From Rhynchopus sp. YZ270_cl-10 (lineage: Eukaryota): a stretch of 64,000 bases of DNA. Positions 21,748 to 33,795 of this stretch are shown piece after piece. Made by a program: the position numbers and the translations under genes. Position 1 is the first letter of the stretch, and the number at the start of each line of letters is the position of its first letter. The notes under the pieces are model-generated. The model did not search any database. It saw only the letters and a list, made by a program, of their open reading frames with translations, and had not been told where the DNA came from. The stretch lies in contig OZ037847.1 in the NCBI GenBank assembly GCA_964035575.1, forward strand, positions 186,001-250,000. The letters are read 5' to 3'.

Positions 21748-22366
21748 GGGGGGGGGTGAGTGAGGGGTATTTTGGAAAGAGAGAGAGAGAGGGTGGTGGT
21801 CGCTTTTTGGTGTTAACGTTTGCAAGGTGTCTGCTAACAGTACTTCCAAAGGGGGTTGGAAGGGGAGAAAGCAGCAGAGGGGAGAGGGGAAAAATGCACC
21901 AAAAAAATTGCGCGAAACACAGTTGGATAAAAGAACATAAAAACCCCCTGGGATGAGGGGGCTTTTTTTGCTATGTGTATGTGAGATAGTTCCTCAAGAC
22001 GCTTTTCGCAGATTATAGTACACAAACCCGAGGCTGTGGATCTTTCGGTAGCCCCGTGCATCCATGGCGTCGAATTCCGGTGTGCCCAGCACTGCTACTG
22101 AGGAGTCCTGTGGTTTGTTTTGTAGTATCGATTTGAATGGTTATAATACAGTAGTTAGGTTTTGCCGCCCCACTGTAAGCTCCATGTGTTGAAATACTCC
22201 CTTTGCTGGACATACCTTTGTGTCGTCATTGAAGAAGAGGAAGAGCTCTGTTGTGTTTGCATGCATTTCTACGAATGTATGGCATTCGACGCATTCTGAA
22301 GGGAAAGGAAAAGGTTAAGATAAGCCCAAGCCTCTCGTGTGTAGCCTCTCGAGGCCCGCTCTCTGT

Positions 22367-22915
22367 TTAAAACAAATAACACATACTTTCAGTGTAGCCT
22401 TGCCCCTTCACCGATGCGATCAAACTTGGTATCACAAGGCGTGAATCCCCCAATGCCGCGCTGTACATTCTGTGCAGTGGCTGGGTTTCCATGCCTGCTG
22501 TCTTCGAGGCTACACGCTCTACTGCACAGACCGTGCGGGACATGTGGTACTCACGCTTGCTGTCGCCCACGAAGGAGAGGAGCTCCTGCTCGGAGTGGGG
22601 TGTGGCCACTACTGCAGTGTCGCCACGCGCCTTGCAGATGTACTCCCGCAGAAACGACGGTGCCACGTAGTCAGGCGAGTCGCACAGTGCAGGCAGCATC
22701 CACCCCTGCTTGCCCTCCTCCAGACGCAGGCACCCCGGCTGTGGGCTGCCCCACATAAAGTACTTCTCCCTGCACGACTCTGCACCCACGTCGCGTGTGC
22801 TCTCATACGACGTGCCCCCATCAGCCCCAAGCATTTCATACAAGGGCACCATCCCAACCTCCTTGTTCTTCATTGCCACTCTCCATTCACCTCCGATGTC
22901 AATGATTTCCGCCAT
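22367..22915 (-). CDS. Hypothetical protein (182 aa)
   Basis: GC-rich ORF with codon usage like neighbouring genes, preceded by a pyrimidine-rich tract on the minus strand. Confidence 0.6.
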   Translation of the reverse strand: MAEIIDIGGEWRVAMKNKEVGMVPLYEMLGADGGTSYESTRDVGAESCREKYFMWGSPQPGCLRLEEGKQGWMLPALCDSPDYVAPSFLREYICKARGDTAVVATPHSEQELLSFVGDSKREYHMSRTVCAVERVASKTAGMETQPLHRMYSAALGDSRLVIPSLIASVKGQGYTESMCYLF

Positions 22916-23236
22916 GGAAAGAGGTTGTTTGCTTCTAAAGGGAGGGGGTGGAGGTGGAGGTAGAGGTGGAGGTGGAAGTTGGGTAGGGGGCAGGAAGAGG
23001 AGAGGAGAGGAGAGGGGTATAAATGGAAAAAAGAGGGTGGGAGAGGGTGAGAGCTTTTGTCGGCGAAACGGTCCGGTTAAAATGACAGTTTTGTCGAATT
23101 TCTTTTTAGATGTTACACGTGTGTTTGGTTTTTGTTGTCTTTTTATCTGTCTGCTGCTGGTAATGTAAAATTGTCAGCCCCCCTTTTTCCTGTAGACTAG
23201 AAAAAGAAAATCCCCCCCAGTATCGGTTCGCAACGT

Positions 23237-24215
23237 TCAATCCGAGCTCATCAGGAAGCTTCCCTCCAGCATGTCCGCGCAGAGCTCCTGTAGCATTGTG
23301 TGCAGTGTTTTTTTTTTCTTCTTTTTGGAAACATTTCCATGAAAAGCCAACATACCTCACATGACATCGGCAGGTCATCGCGTTCCCCGCACTGCACCGG
23401 GAAGGACACACCTGTCTTGCACTCGCAGTTGCCTGCCTGCTGTGCTCCTACCAAACTCCTGCGCAAAGGGTGTTTATTTAAAAAAGACTGGGCTACAAAT
23501 CAAAGAATGGCTACAATTCCACAAGATGGTAACTTTTACCACTTCTGGAGTGACCTTTCTTTCCCATCTCGCACCTCGAGAGAGCAAAGACGGACAACAC
23601 AGAAGAAACATACTTGCAGGACGCGTCACCCGAGAACAGACGCTCCTCAGTCGGGTCGCACATATCGGTGCCTCTGAAGGCAAGGCAGTGCTCTGTGGGC
23701 TTGAAGTTTTGTGCACGGAACGTCGGTGCGGGCGTCTTGCGAGTAATCTTGCGCTTCTTCAAAAGCTCCTCGAGTCCCTGTGTGTGGAAGGTTTTTTGTC
23801 ACATCCTTTAAGCTTTTGCACATACCTTCTCGGAGTAGTCGTCCATGTGGTCGCGCGCAACCTCCTTCCCAAACTCGTTCAGGTAGAGGATGTCTGGGGG
23901 CGCACCCTGAATGTACTTCACGGTGACAGCCTTGAATTGCGGTGCAATGTGGGAGATGAAGTTTCTTACCTGTGTGTGTTGTTGTGGTTTCTATCCCATA
24001 GCTCCTCGGCCAACTCCGTGACATACCCTGGGCAGGTAGTTCAGCCTGCACCCCCTGCACGTCTCGATGCGCGCACCTACAATAGCGTCGCTCCCTGCAT
24101 CCTCCTCAACGTCGTCCCCCTCCGCAGCCTTGTCGCCAGCATCCCCTCCTCCGAAGATGGACCACCCACCTGCTTGCCACACATACACACAGAGTACGAG
24201 GAGAACTGTCCGCAT
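23237..24215 (-). CDS. Sep15/SelM-family thioredoxin-like protein (Cys homolog, CRGC) with a C-terminal Cys-rich domain; 5 exons
   Basis: Signal peptide. The spliced product ARIETCRGCRLNYLPR|VRNFISHIAPQFKAVTVKYIQGAPPDILYLNEFGKEVARDHMDDYSEK|GLEELL follows the SelM pattern. GT-AG introns at 23970-24026, 23778-23825, 23459-23613 and 23288-23355 keep the frame. Confidence 0.82.
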
Positions 24216-24344
24216 TGTGTAGCCCCTTCTTGTGTGTGTGGTGTTTAGGTAGCGGGTAGCGGGGTGGTGAGGTAGGAGAAATAAACTGCCTTTTTTTTTG
24301 AATCTAAAGAGGTGGGGGTCCTGTGGGGGGGTGGGATCAGACTG

Positions 24345-25578
24345 TTAAGTGATCCTGACCCGTGCAGATTGAGGTCGTGTGAGGGTGTGGGAGGTGTCGT
24401 AGAACGGCAGTGCTGCAGAGGCGGCCTTAGGGGTGAGGAAGTGCGCCTTCTCGCGTGGGAGCTGTCGCTCAAAGCGGATGGGCGAGGAGCGGTGCTTTTC
24501 GAGGAGGGTGTAGCGCACCTTGAGGGGGACGCTGTCTGTCCAGCACTTCCTGCCTTGGTTGGAACGCCCAGTGCTGCGACGGAAGTCGACACCACCAATA
24601 TGGCGTCCATTCGCACCCTCGCCCGACACCTGGCTTCTGTTGTTCATCTTCAACGCGATGTCGACCTTGCGTTCCGAGCGCACCGCATGTCTGTTGCTGT
24701 ACTTAGCCTCCCTATGTGAGACACCCTCAAACTTCACACTCCCACGAACATGGCCACACCGTGATGTGCCCGACAGCGACACATCGTAGTACTGGTCCTG
24801 CCCAGGCTCTGTGCGCACCCTTTGCGCGACCCTAGCAGTTTGCGTCGAGATGTTCACATTGGACACATGCTTCTAAGGATGTTGTGTGATGGGGCAGGGG
24901 GGACGAATTGTGTTAAAGAGACACACCTCTATCGGCACGCTGTCGTAGTAAGGTATGTCCAGCTGCTCCACGCGGTGCCGCAGGTTATCCTGCTCCCGCG
25001 AGGTCTCCCTGTCCATCAGGAAGGTGCCCTGTATGTTATTGTGTTTGAGTTACTGTCTAACCTCCCCTCCCACAAACCTTTTCCGTATCCCACCTCTTGT
25101 GGGAGGTGCTGGGTGGGCCTGGGGTGGTGTTCTTCTTTGCTGAAGTGACGTGTCCGATGCGCTCTCGTTGATCCCTTGCTACCATGCGCGACATGCTGAA
25201 GCCTGCAAGCCTGCGTACGGAGACCGCAGGAGACGAGCAGACATCGTATTGGAGGCGTGCGCAGTCGCCACTGCGGCCGCCGTTTGCGTGGTCGCGTTGC
25301 TCGCGTGAGACGCATTTGGAGAAGTCTGTGACCCCACGACCACGGCCGTACACACTGCCACTACCCGACACACACGACGCCTCCTGGCTCACAACACTCG
25401 CCTCGTCGCACTCCCCCGGCAGCAACGGTGCATGCGACGTGCCCGGCCTGCGTGGTGTCCTCGGCATTGTCCGCACACCCAGCCGCAACCGCCGCCGCCT
25501 TAGCAACCCTGCCGCACCCCTTCCGGAGTTGACAAAGGCAGGGATGTCACAGCCGAGGGTGGGGTCAGAGGAATTCAT
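24345..25578 (-). CDS. Hypothetical basic protein with loose internal repeats; 3 exons
   Basis: ORFs MNSSDPTLG...DTEK, GTFLMDRETSREQD...PIE and KHVSNVN...RVRIT* can be joined by two GT-AG introns (~25029-25078, ~24873-24926). Recurrent F.....SRE motifs. Confidence 0.6.
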
Positions 25579-26623
25579 GTTAGGGGGTGAGGTGCGTTGT
25601 GTTGAGTACTGCAGTACGCATGGTGAGAAAAAAACAAACAAACAATGCAGAGCTCCTCCTCGGGTGTACACTAATACAACCAAAGGGCAGAACACAACCC
25701 CTCTCATCCCATCCACGCTCAAGATCGACGAAGCACTCAGCCGTCGTCCTACACTATGGTAAGTCGACTGTCTGTCTCATGTATGTCTCCCCTCATTGGC
25801 AATTCACCCGACAGAAGTGCACGCAACATTGCGTGCGAAGGACACCGTTATGTGGTGAAGTCGTAAAAAAAAAAGTGGAGAGAAGTATCTTTTTTTTGAA
25901 AATTAATGCAGCTCAATGGTGAAATTGGCTGAAATAAAGGGGGAAGGTGTATGGACATATGCAGGAAGCTCCTTAAAGGAACATTGTATGATGCACGGTG
26001 TTCGCGTGCGGGATAAGGGATAAGGGATAAGGGGAAAAGAAGATCAAGGAAACATAAGCGGGCCTAAAATGGATGATTGGAAGATGTATTTTGCTTCGTG
26101 TGATGCAATTTGCCACATATTCCAAACAAAAAAAACAATAGTAAATTGGATTACCGAGCCTCATAGCCTCAGGGCGGTCATCTATAGGCGCCGAATACTA
26201 TAGTAGTCAAAGTGATGAGGTTGTGCCTGCGTGTACAGAGTGTGCAGAGAAGGCCCAAAAAAAGGGAAAGTTTTTAGAAAGGAAAAGAAAGGAACGGTGA
26301 AGGTTGTAATATACAACAGTAAATGGGGAAAGACGAGTTAATGTAGATGACCTCTAAGCCTCTTGCCACCTTATTAACTAAAAGAACATCAACAAAAAGA
26401 TGCACAATGGCGCGGTGTAAAAAAAAGGCAAAATGAAAGCCGCTTTTGCATAGGTTGCAAGGCAGTTTTCTTTAGGGTGCCGCCTTGTGCATGAGAGCAC
26501 AGACGACAAAAGGAAAGTTGATAAAATAAAGTGCAGAGCGACACAGCTCTGGGGGCGTTCGTGTCTTTTAAAAAAAGGTTAGCTATTGACCACCCCCGGG
26601 TTCTACTAAACAAAACATCTCTT

Positions 26624-27397
26624 CTACGCAACAATAGGCCATTCAGTTCTAACGCAGGTACTTAAAGAACACCCTCCAGCACCAGGGGGGCCTCCTGGAC
26701 CTCCTGGGCCACCTGGGCCCTGCTGAGAGGGACCAGCTTGGACGCATTTGTTGACCTTGCAGGAACCCCTCCAGACACAGAAATCCTTCAGCGCCGCGTC
26801 GTTGCACTGCGCAGGAGAGCCCTTTGCAGCGCAGTCCACTGCGTCACCCGGAGTTGCCGCGAACGCCACCCACTCCACGTCGCCCAGGAGCCTGAAGGTT
26901 TCGACTGTACCAGAAGGGAGCTCCAATCTGTACGATGTCATTCTGTGGGTATGTCCACCAGACACGCCGGTGACGAAGTGTGGTGCGCAGGAAGAGCGGG
27001 TCCAGCCGCGGGAGGTGAGAAGTGCGGGGAGGGCGCCTTTCTCGCTTTCGCAGGGGTGGCAGGCGTAGAGGAAGACGTACGCTTCGCATGTTCTCCCTGC
27101 AGCGGGGCAGGAGTAGCGTACAGCAGACCCGCGTGGAAAGGTTTGAAGTGGGATGTCGATCATAGTTCCCTTCAGAAACTCTGGCACATCAACAAAAGAG
27201 GCGCCAGGAACATCAGGCCAGGCCGCAGTGTTGTCGTAAAGGAACGTCAGACGGATGCCGCCAGCAATCTGGCCAGAGATGTCACCCTCATTCGATGCAG
27301 GCATGTTGTCGCAGTCCTGCTCCTTAGAGTTGCAAAGGGAGAGAATGGAGGCAGAAGACAGCGTCACTGCTGACAGCAACAACATATACTTCATCAT
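26624..27397 (-). CDS. Secreted Cys-rich hypothetical protein with a Gly/Pro-rich tail
   Basis: Signal peptide MMKYMLLLSAVTLSSA, multiple Cys, and a GPGGPGGPGGPPG segment. Confidence 0.72.
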   Translation of the reverse strand: MMKYMLLLSAVTLSSASILSLCNSKEQDCDNMPASNEGDISGQIAGGIRLTFLYDNTAAWPDVPGASFVDVPEFLKGTMIDIPLQTFPRGSAVRYSCPAAGRTCEAYVFLYACHPCESEKGALPALLTSRGWTRSSCAPHFVTGVSGGHTHRMTSYRLELPSGTVETFRLLGDVEWVAFAATPGDAVDCAAKGSPAQCNDAALKDFCVWRGSCKVNKCVQAGPSQQGPGGPGGPGGPPGAGGCSLSTCVRTEWPIVA

Positions 27398-30300
27398 TAA
27401 AGCTGTGTAAAGGTATCTAGAGAGGTGGAGAGGTGGGGAGGGGGTACAAAAGGGGGAAACAGACCTCGAAACCCTAAACAAGGCCGCCAGACTCATCACA
27501 GGCTGCCCCCACTCCGTCAGGAAAAAAAAGGGGGTAAATGTTGGTCTATTTCGGCTTTGTGATTAGGTTACTAAAGAGGCGTTTTGGATCTGAACGTTTC
27601 TCTTGTTCACCCAAAAGAAAAATGGAGTTTCTTTCAAAAAAAAATCTCATCTTTGTGCACATCTGTATGAAATACACAATATCAGCACGGCATGTGCTCA
27701 AACCACCCAACGCACAAACGAAAACGGATCTGGTGGAGAGAGCTCACGCAAGACGCACCTTCAAGAGGTGGCGAACCCCTCAAGTGGTTGAAGACGTCAT
27801 TGATTCAGAATCTGGAGACAATGAAGACAATGGAAAAGAGGAGGAATGCACTAAACTCGATTTGAGTCATAAAAATGGAGTGCGAAAAAAAACACAGAAA
27901 ATATGTTCTGTGGCGGGTTTGGAACCTAGAAGGTGGTGGGGGAAAAAAGGAACAATGAAAACTGCAGTGTGGGGGAAATGTCTTTTTTTTTGGATACACA
28001 AAAACAAAAAAAAAAAAAAAAAAAGAAGAAGAAGAAAAACACCAACCAAAGAAAAAGGGGAAAATGAAAAAGCAAATGGCAGGCAACAAAAAAAGAAGAA
28101 AATAAAAGGAAATCATAACAACGAGACTAAAAACGTGAAACCAAAAAAAAAAAAAGAAAAAAAGGAACAGGTGATGAGCCTCACTAAGATGTAAGGTGAG
28201 GGGAAGGGGAGGATTACACAAAGAGTATTTTTTGGAGGGGAAATTTTTTTTTTTCTCTAGATCATTTTCTAGTTCTACTTCTCATGAAAATGTCTGAAAA
28301 AAAAACTGCGTTTTTTTTTTGTTCTTCTTTTGGAGCTAGTTTGTCGCTGGAATCGGAAAACCTAAAGACCCAGAGGGCCAGACCAATAAATTGGCAGGTG
28401 CCGTCTCCCCATCATTGGAGCTCTCTGTATTCTCTTCTCTCATATTACATATTCATTTCTTTTCTGCATCTACACCACCCCCCACCAGCACCTAAGAGGT
28501 GGGGTACTGTAATACTCAATGCCACGTGTCGGGGCTAGGTCACTTACATAACGGATGAATCAGGGAGACTACTGGGTGAAACTACCATTCACTCAACGAC
28601 CACTGCTAAACTTGTAGTTTTCCATGGCCATAAAATGTCATTTTCGATAAAGTAGCACTCCCCGCGACCATTCCACCATGTACTATTTATTTCTCTCTTC
28701 CCCTTCTTTCCGAAAAAAAAACGATATTTATTCCCTTTTCTTTTGATCAATGTCAGATTGTTGCTGTCGACAGCTTTTTTTAAAACAAGGAAAGAAACAG
28801 GGCGCGAATTTAAGGAGAAACAAAAATCCCAGTTTTCCCAAGAAAAACGAAATCACCATTGTCTCTCCACCCTAATACAAAAAATAATAGACACTCTGAC
28901 ATATGGGGGGAGCATGCGGGGGACGGTCCTCCCTCGCACCCACGTTGATTCAAAAGATTGAAGATGAGCATATAGCCTCTTGTGCTTCGTCATTGTATTA
29001 TGAGGTTAAAGTTGACAGATGTAACGTAATATGGTTGTATCGTCACCTTTAAAATATAACTCCAAAAAGTTAAGTTTGGAGCACAAAAAAAATTTTTCTG
29101 AAATGCTGTAACAACATAACAAATGCGGTTAACTTTAACCAAATATTGGTGTCAAAGAGATCTCTCGGATGTTTGGTGGGGGAAAAAAAGAGTTAATAAG
29201 ACGAACCTAAGCCTCTCGTTGCTTAGTCATCTCTTGAAAAGAGGAATTCATTTTAAAAGAAAACTTGTAAGATGAATAAGCCTCTTGTGTACACACATCT
29301 TTACTAAAAAGAAGGGGAGAGGGTACAAAACAGCTCTGCAGACGCAGAATTTGTCCCCCTTTTTTTCCGGTATTTTTTTCGTAAAATCTTCTTCTGAGAA
29401 CACACCGAACAAAAAAAAAAAGAGAGAGAGAAAAAAAGATTTGAATCTGAACCTCTCCTGTTCAGTAACCTATTAGAAAGCGAAGTCCACGCAGTGGGGG
29501 AAGGGGAGGGGGAAGGGGGGGAGCTAAAGGGAATCGGATTACACACAAAGTCAAAACAAAAAGAAAAAAAAACCACCCCCGAAAACTCAGGAGACTAGTG
29601 AATTGTGGGGAGGTGGGGTGGGGTGTTTTTTTTTTTTTGCAAATAGGGTACACAGTATTCGCCAGAATTGTTTCTGGTAAGGGGGGGGTTGGGGGGGAAT
29701 GGGGGAAGGTTCAAGGTGAAAAACACTAAATCGGTTTTTGCTTTGAGATTTGCTTTCTTTTTTCGTTTTTTTTTTTTTCTGACAGATCTGGTAAGGGTAA
29801 TCAAAATGCTTTATTTTGATGCTGTATTATTGTCAAAAATAACATAGATTTCGAGGGGAAAAAAAGGTGGCTTTTTGGGGGATGAATTCCGCAGGGGGAA
29901 AAAATAATGGGAAAAAAAAAACTGTTTTTTTGGGGCTAGTAAATAAGATTGGCAGCAAATCCTTCGAATGCAAAGCCTCTAGAAGCAAAGAAAAAAAAAA
30001 AGAGCAATTTCTCCTAAAAAAAATATGACCCCCCTAGTGTCCCAAGGAATGGGATAAACGGGGGCTTTCTTTTTTTTTTTGAAAAGGTACTCTTTTTTAT
30101 GGGCTGAGGATGTGGGTGGGTAAAGAGGAAGAGTGGAGTGGGAAGCGTGATAGGTGAAAAAACACCATCTCTTGTTATTTTTCTGCAGAAACTTTTTTTC
30201 TTCAATACAAAAAAAAAAAAAGTTCTGCAGTCTTTCTACTACTGCTATTGTGGGTATGTTTTTTTTTATCATTTTTATAATCTTATTTTTGATAAATTGT

Positions 30301-33300
30301 TGGAGTAGTGTAGTTGCCACAAGTTGTGCAATCTCCACTGTCCAATGTTTTTCTGTGCACTGTTTTTTTTTAGAACTGGTCAAGGAAGAAATGTGAGATA
30401 CTTTTTTTTCCCCCCTTTCTGTCCTTCCTAACCCCGTTTGTTCCCCTATATATGAAAAAACAAACAAAAATATCATAAAAAAAAGAAAAAGGGGAATATA
30501 AAGCAAGGAAGCTGATACAGCTTATTTGTGTGCGTCACAAAAAAAAAATTATATCAAAGGACACATTTTTTTTAAATGACCCGAAAGTGTTAATACACTT
30601 CAGAGCTATACAAGGTGGAATTTTTTTTAAGTAAGGTTTTGTTACTTCTGTCGAAGCGCTGTAGATAATAAAATAAACGTAAAGGGCGATGAAACCACAT
30701 TAAAGTGAAAACTAGAAAAAAAAATGCGTGTGTCTCTCGTGCACATACACCGCGATTTTTAAAAAATAAAGTTGTAAATAAAAACATACACAGGGCACTA
30801 AACACTTCCACTGAGCAAATGCACCGTGAATAAATAAAAAAAACAACAATTAAATCAGTGTACCTTTTCTTTCAACAAATTCCTTCAAGGAAAAATGAAA
30901 TACGATACGGAAAAAACAACAAAAAAAAAAGGACAGGGGTGTAACGGAATAATGGGGTTATGTATGTTTCGCCGCGAAGGGAAGAGGGGATGGAGGGGAC
31001 AGAGGAACGTTTTTTCTTTTCCATCATTTTGCAACAATTTCCTCCTCAAAATTAAACTTTTTTTTTTTTGTTTAACCTTGAACAGAACTAAGACACAAAA
31101 TACCACATAACATTCCTCGCTTTTCCCTGTCACCCTTTTCCCAATTTTTTTTGCAAATATGTTTGTTTTCTGCTACTAAAGTAAAACAAAAAAAGAAGGA
31201 CACTTTGAATGATGTAGCACGTCCCTGAGAGGACCTACCACATCTTAAGAGAAAGTCAGCGTTGATTAACCGTAATGCGCTTCACGAACGCAGACGACAT
31301 GTTCAAAAAAAAATCCAACGGGGAAAATCAATTGGCAATCTGACTAAGACAGGTACAAAAAAAAAATGCAACAAACCAAAGTCAGATGTAGGTGGAGAGA
31401 ATGAAGGGGGAGAATGGAGTTGCGGGGAACATTCAGAAAAAGCCAAAAAAAAAAAAAAAAATGAAAATACGATTAGGTCTGATCACAACTTTAAAAAAAA
31501 AATGAAAAAAAAAAATGAATCTTTGAAGTACAAAGCCCTCTCGTCGCAGTGTACCTAAAAAGGAGGGCACATCTCAACGTTTTGGCAGATTTTTTTTTCG
31601 GGAATACGGAAAGAATCGATTTTTTTTGTTGCATAAAAGATATTCAAGGAATGGGGGAAGTCTTTTTTGTTGTATTTTTTAGGAAATGGGATTTTTTTTT
31701 GGGATATGTATTTTCGTCCCTCTCTGGAGGGAGGGAGGGGGAGGTGGGGAGGGATTGCCAAAAAAAGAAATGTCTCCCTTTAAAAAAAAAGTTATTGAAG
31801 GGATTCACAGCCGTTGTGCGAAACACACGACACATTTGAATTTTACATGAAAAACCACCATCTATGACGGTGTTTTTGTTGTAAATCCCAAAATGTGATT
31901 AGGTGCTCCGGTTAGGCCGAATTTGTGAATTACAATCAAACAAAAAAGGAGTAAAAACTGTAATAGACCTCTTTCGCATCTTTAAAAAAAACCCCATTTT
32001 TTTTTTTTTGGGGGGTCAAAAAAAAGCAAAATCTCAGTTTGTAGTGTTACGAAAAAACCTTGTGTTTTTCACCGAACTCTTCTCTTTTTTAAAAAATCCT
32101 ATTGGAAGTCGTCACCAAGTCCAAAAAATTGAAAATTAGGCACCGTTTTAAGAGGGATGACTTATACGAAAACGGGGATTAGGGAGAAAGTCAATAAAAA
32201 AAATAATACTTGAAAGATAAATGCCCTCTCGTAAAGACATTTAACAAGAACAGTTCGTAAGGTGATCCCTAGACTCTCTTATTCGCTTGGGCACCTAAAA
32301 TATAAGGGAAGATGCATTGGCCCTATAAACGGGTTCAATGTGGTCATCTTCCAAAGAAGAAGAAGAAAAAATGACAAAACCCAATCACCTTCATAGTTCT
32401 ATGCAACGAAGCATCTTTCTCAATTGATAAGGCATCCTCTTCGTACACTCCCAACAGTCTTCCCTGCAGAAGGGAGGTATAAAAAAAAGGAAGCGTTCCT
32501 TTTTTGATAATTTTCAATTTTTTTTTATGGATTATGCAGACTTCTCGCTGGAAATAGTCTTCGCGGATTGTTGGTTTTTTCCGGAAGGTTCAGGTGCTGG
32601 CGGTATCTATTTTTTTGAGGGGGACGCCACACTATTCGCCCACTTTTTCCATAAAGAGGCAAAAAGGGGTAGGAGTGTTTTCAAAAAAAAAGAAAAAGGA
32701 AAAAGAAAATTTTTTTATAATATGAACCTAAGCCCTCTCCTACAACTTAGTCACCTTAGTCACCAAACGACAAGGGATTTTTTTTTTTTTTTTTTTGTAT
32801 TTTTTTTTGTATTGACAAACAAACAGCTCGCTTCCCATGCTGTTACATTACGTTCATGATTTATTTTTTTTTTTGGGGAAATGGAAGTGAACTGGGAGGA
32901 GGAAGGGGGAAGAGGGGGGGAGGGAATGAAAATGGGGAGGAATCGTATTTTTTTTTTTTTTTTTTTTTTTTTTGTTTTTTGTTTTTTTTTTGCCAAAAAG
33001 AGGCTATTACATACTGACAGAAACAAAGCACACCAGTTTTTAGAAGATTTCCTAAAATGCTTCTTATTTTTTTGTTTTTTGTTTTTTTTGAGTGTGTTTT
33101 TTTATATTATTGAATTCGAACTACTACAATAGGATAACAAAAAAGAAAAGGTTTTTTTTTTTTTTTGTAAAGATAAACCCAAGCCTCTCTGTGCTTAGTT
33201 GACCTAAACAAAATACAAAAATAATAGAAAAATGGAGAGGGAAAAAAAAATAAAAGTGGAAAATGGTGAGCCAACTAGAAGAAGAAAACAAAAAGGAGAG

Positions 33301-33795
33301 GGGAAGAAAAGGAGGCACGTGCCTCTCAGTCCATTCCCACAATCCGTGTTTTTTTATTTTTTCTTTTCTTTTCTGTTTCTTCTTCTCTTCTTTATGAAAC
33401 TGCAGTACGTTGATTTACCCTTTTGAAAAGGGTTGCAAATGGTTTAAAAAAAAAAAAAAACGGGAAAATTCTTGTTTTCTCTATTGTTCTTCTTTGTAAA
33501 CATTTTGCAACGCAAAGCAAAAACGAGTGCATGCTACCCAGTCTCTTCCACCATCTCCATCTCTTATCCCCCCTCCAAAATAAAACATTTTTTTTTTTTT
33601 TTTTTTTTGCGTACGCAAATGGAAACCCTTTGAAGCCTAGTCGGTCTCAGCCAAGAAAAAAAAAAACACCCTATTTTTTTTTTTGAATTTACATACAGTC
33701 CGTACAAACATTTTTTTTTTTTCACACTATCTTTTTTCACCCTTCAAAGATACCCCAAAAACCCCCTATATTTTTTATTCCCCTTATTGGCACTT

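Noticed and set aside
21278..21748. ORFs with (VHRYTGTQ)n repeats; possible CRISPR-like array
   Set aside because: This is a pure 8-mer tandem repeat with no unique spacers, and no cas genes are present.
23237..23239. TGA of the SelM-like gene as selenocysteine
   Set aside because: The redox motif is already Cys-encoded, the TGA is terminal, and no SECIS was recognised.
27538..33700. Many short K/F-rich ORFs
   Set aside because: They arise from poly-A/poly-T tracts in an intergenic/UTR region and show no coding composition.
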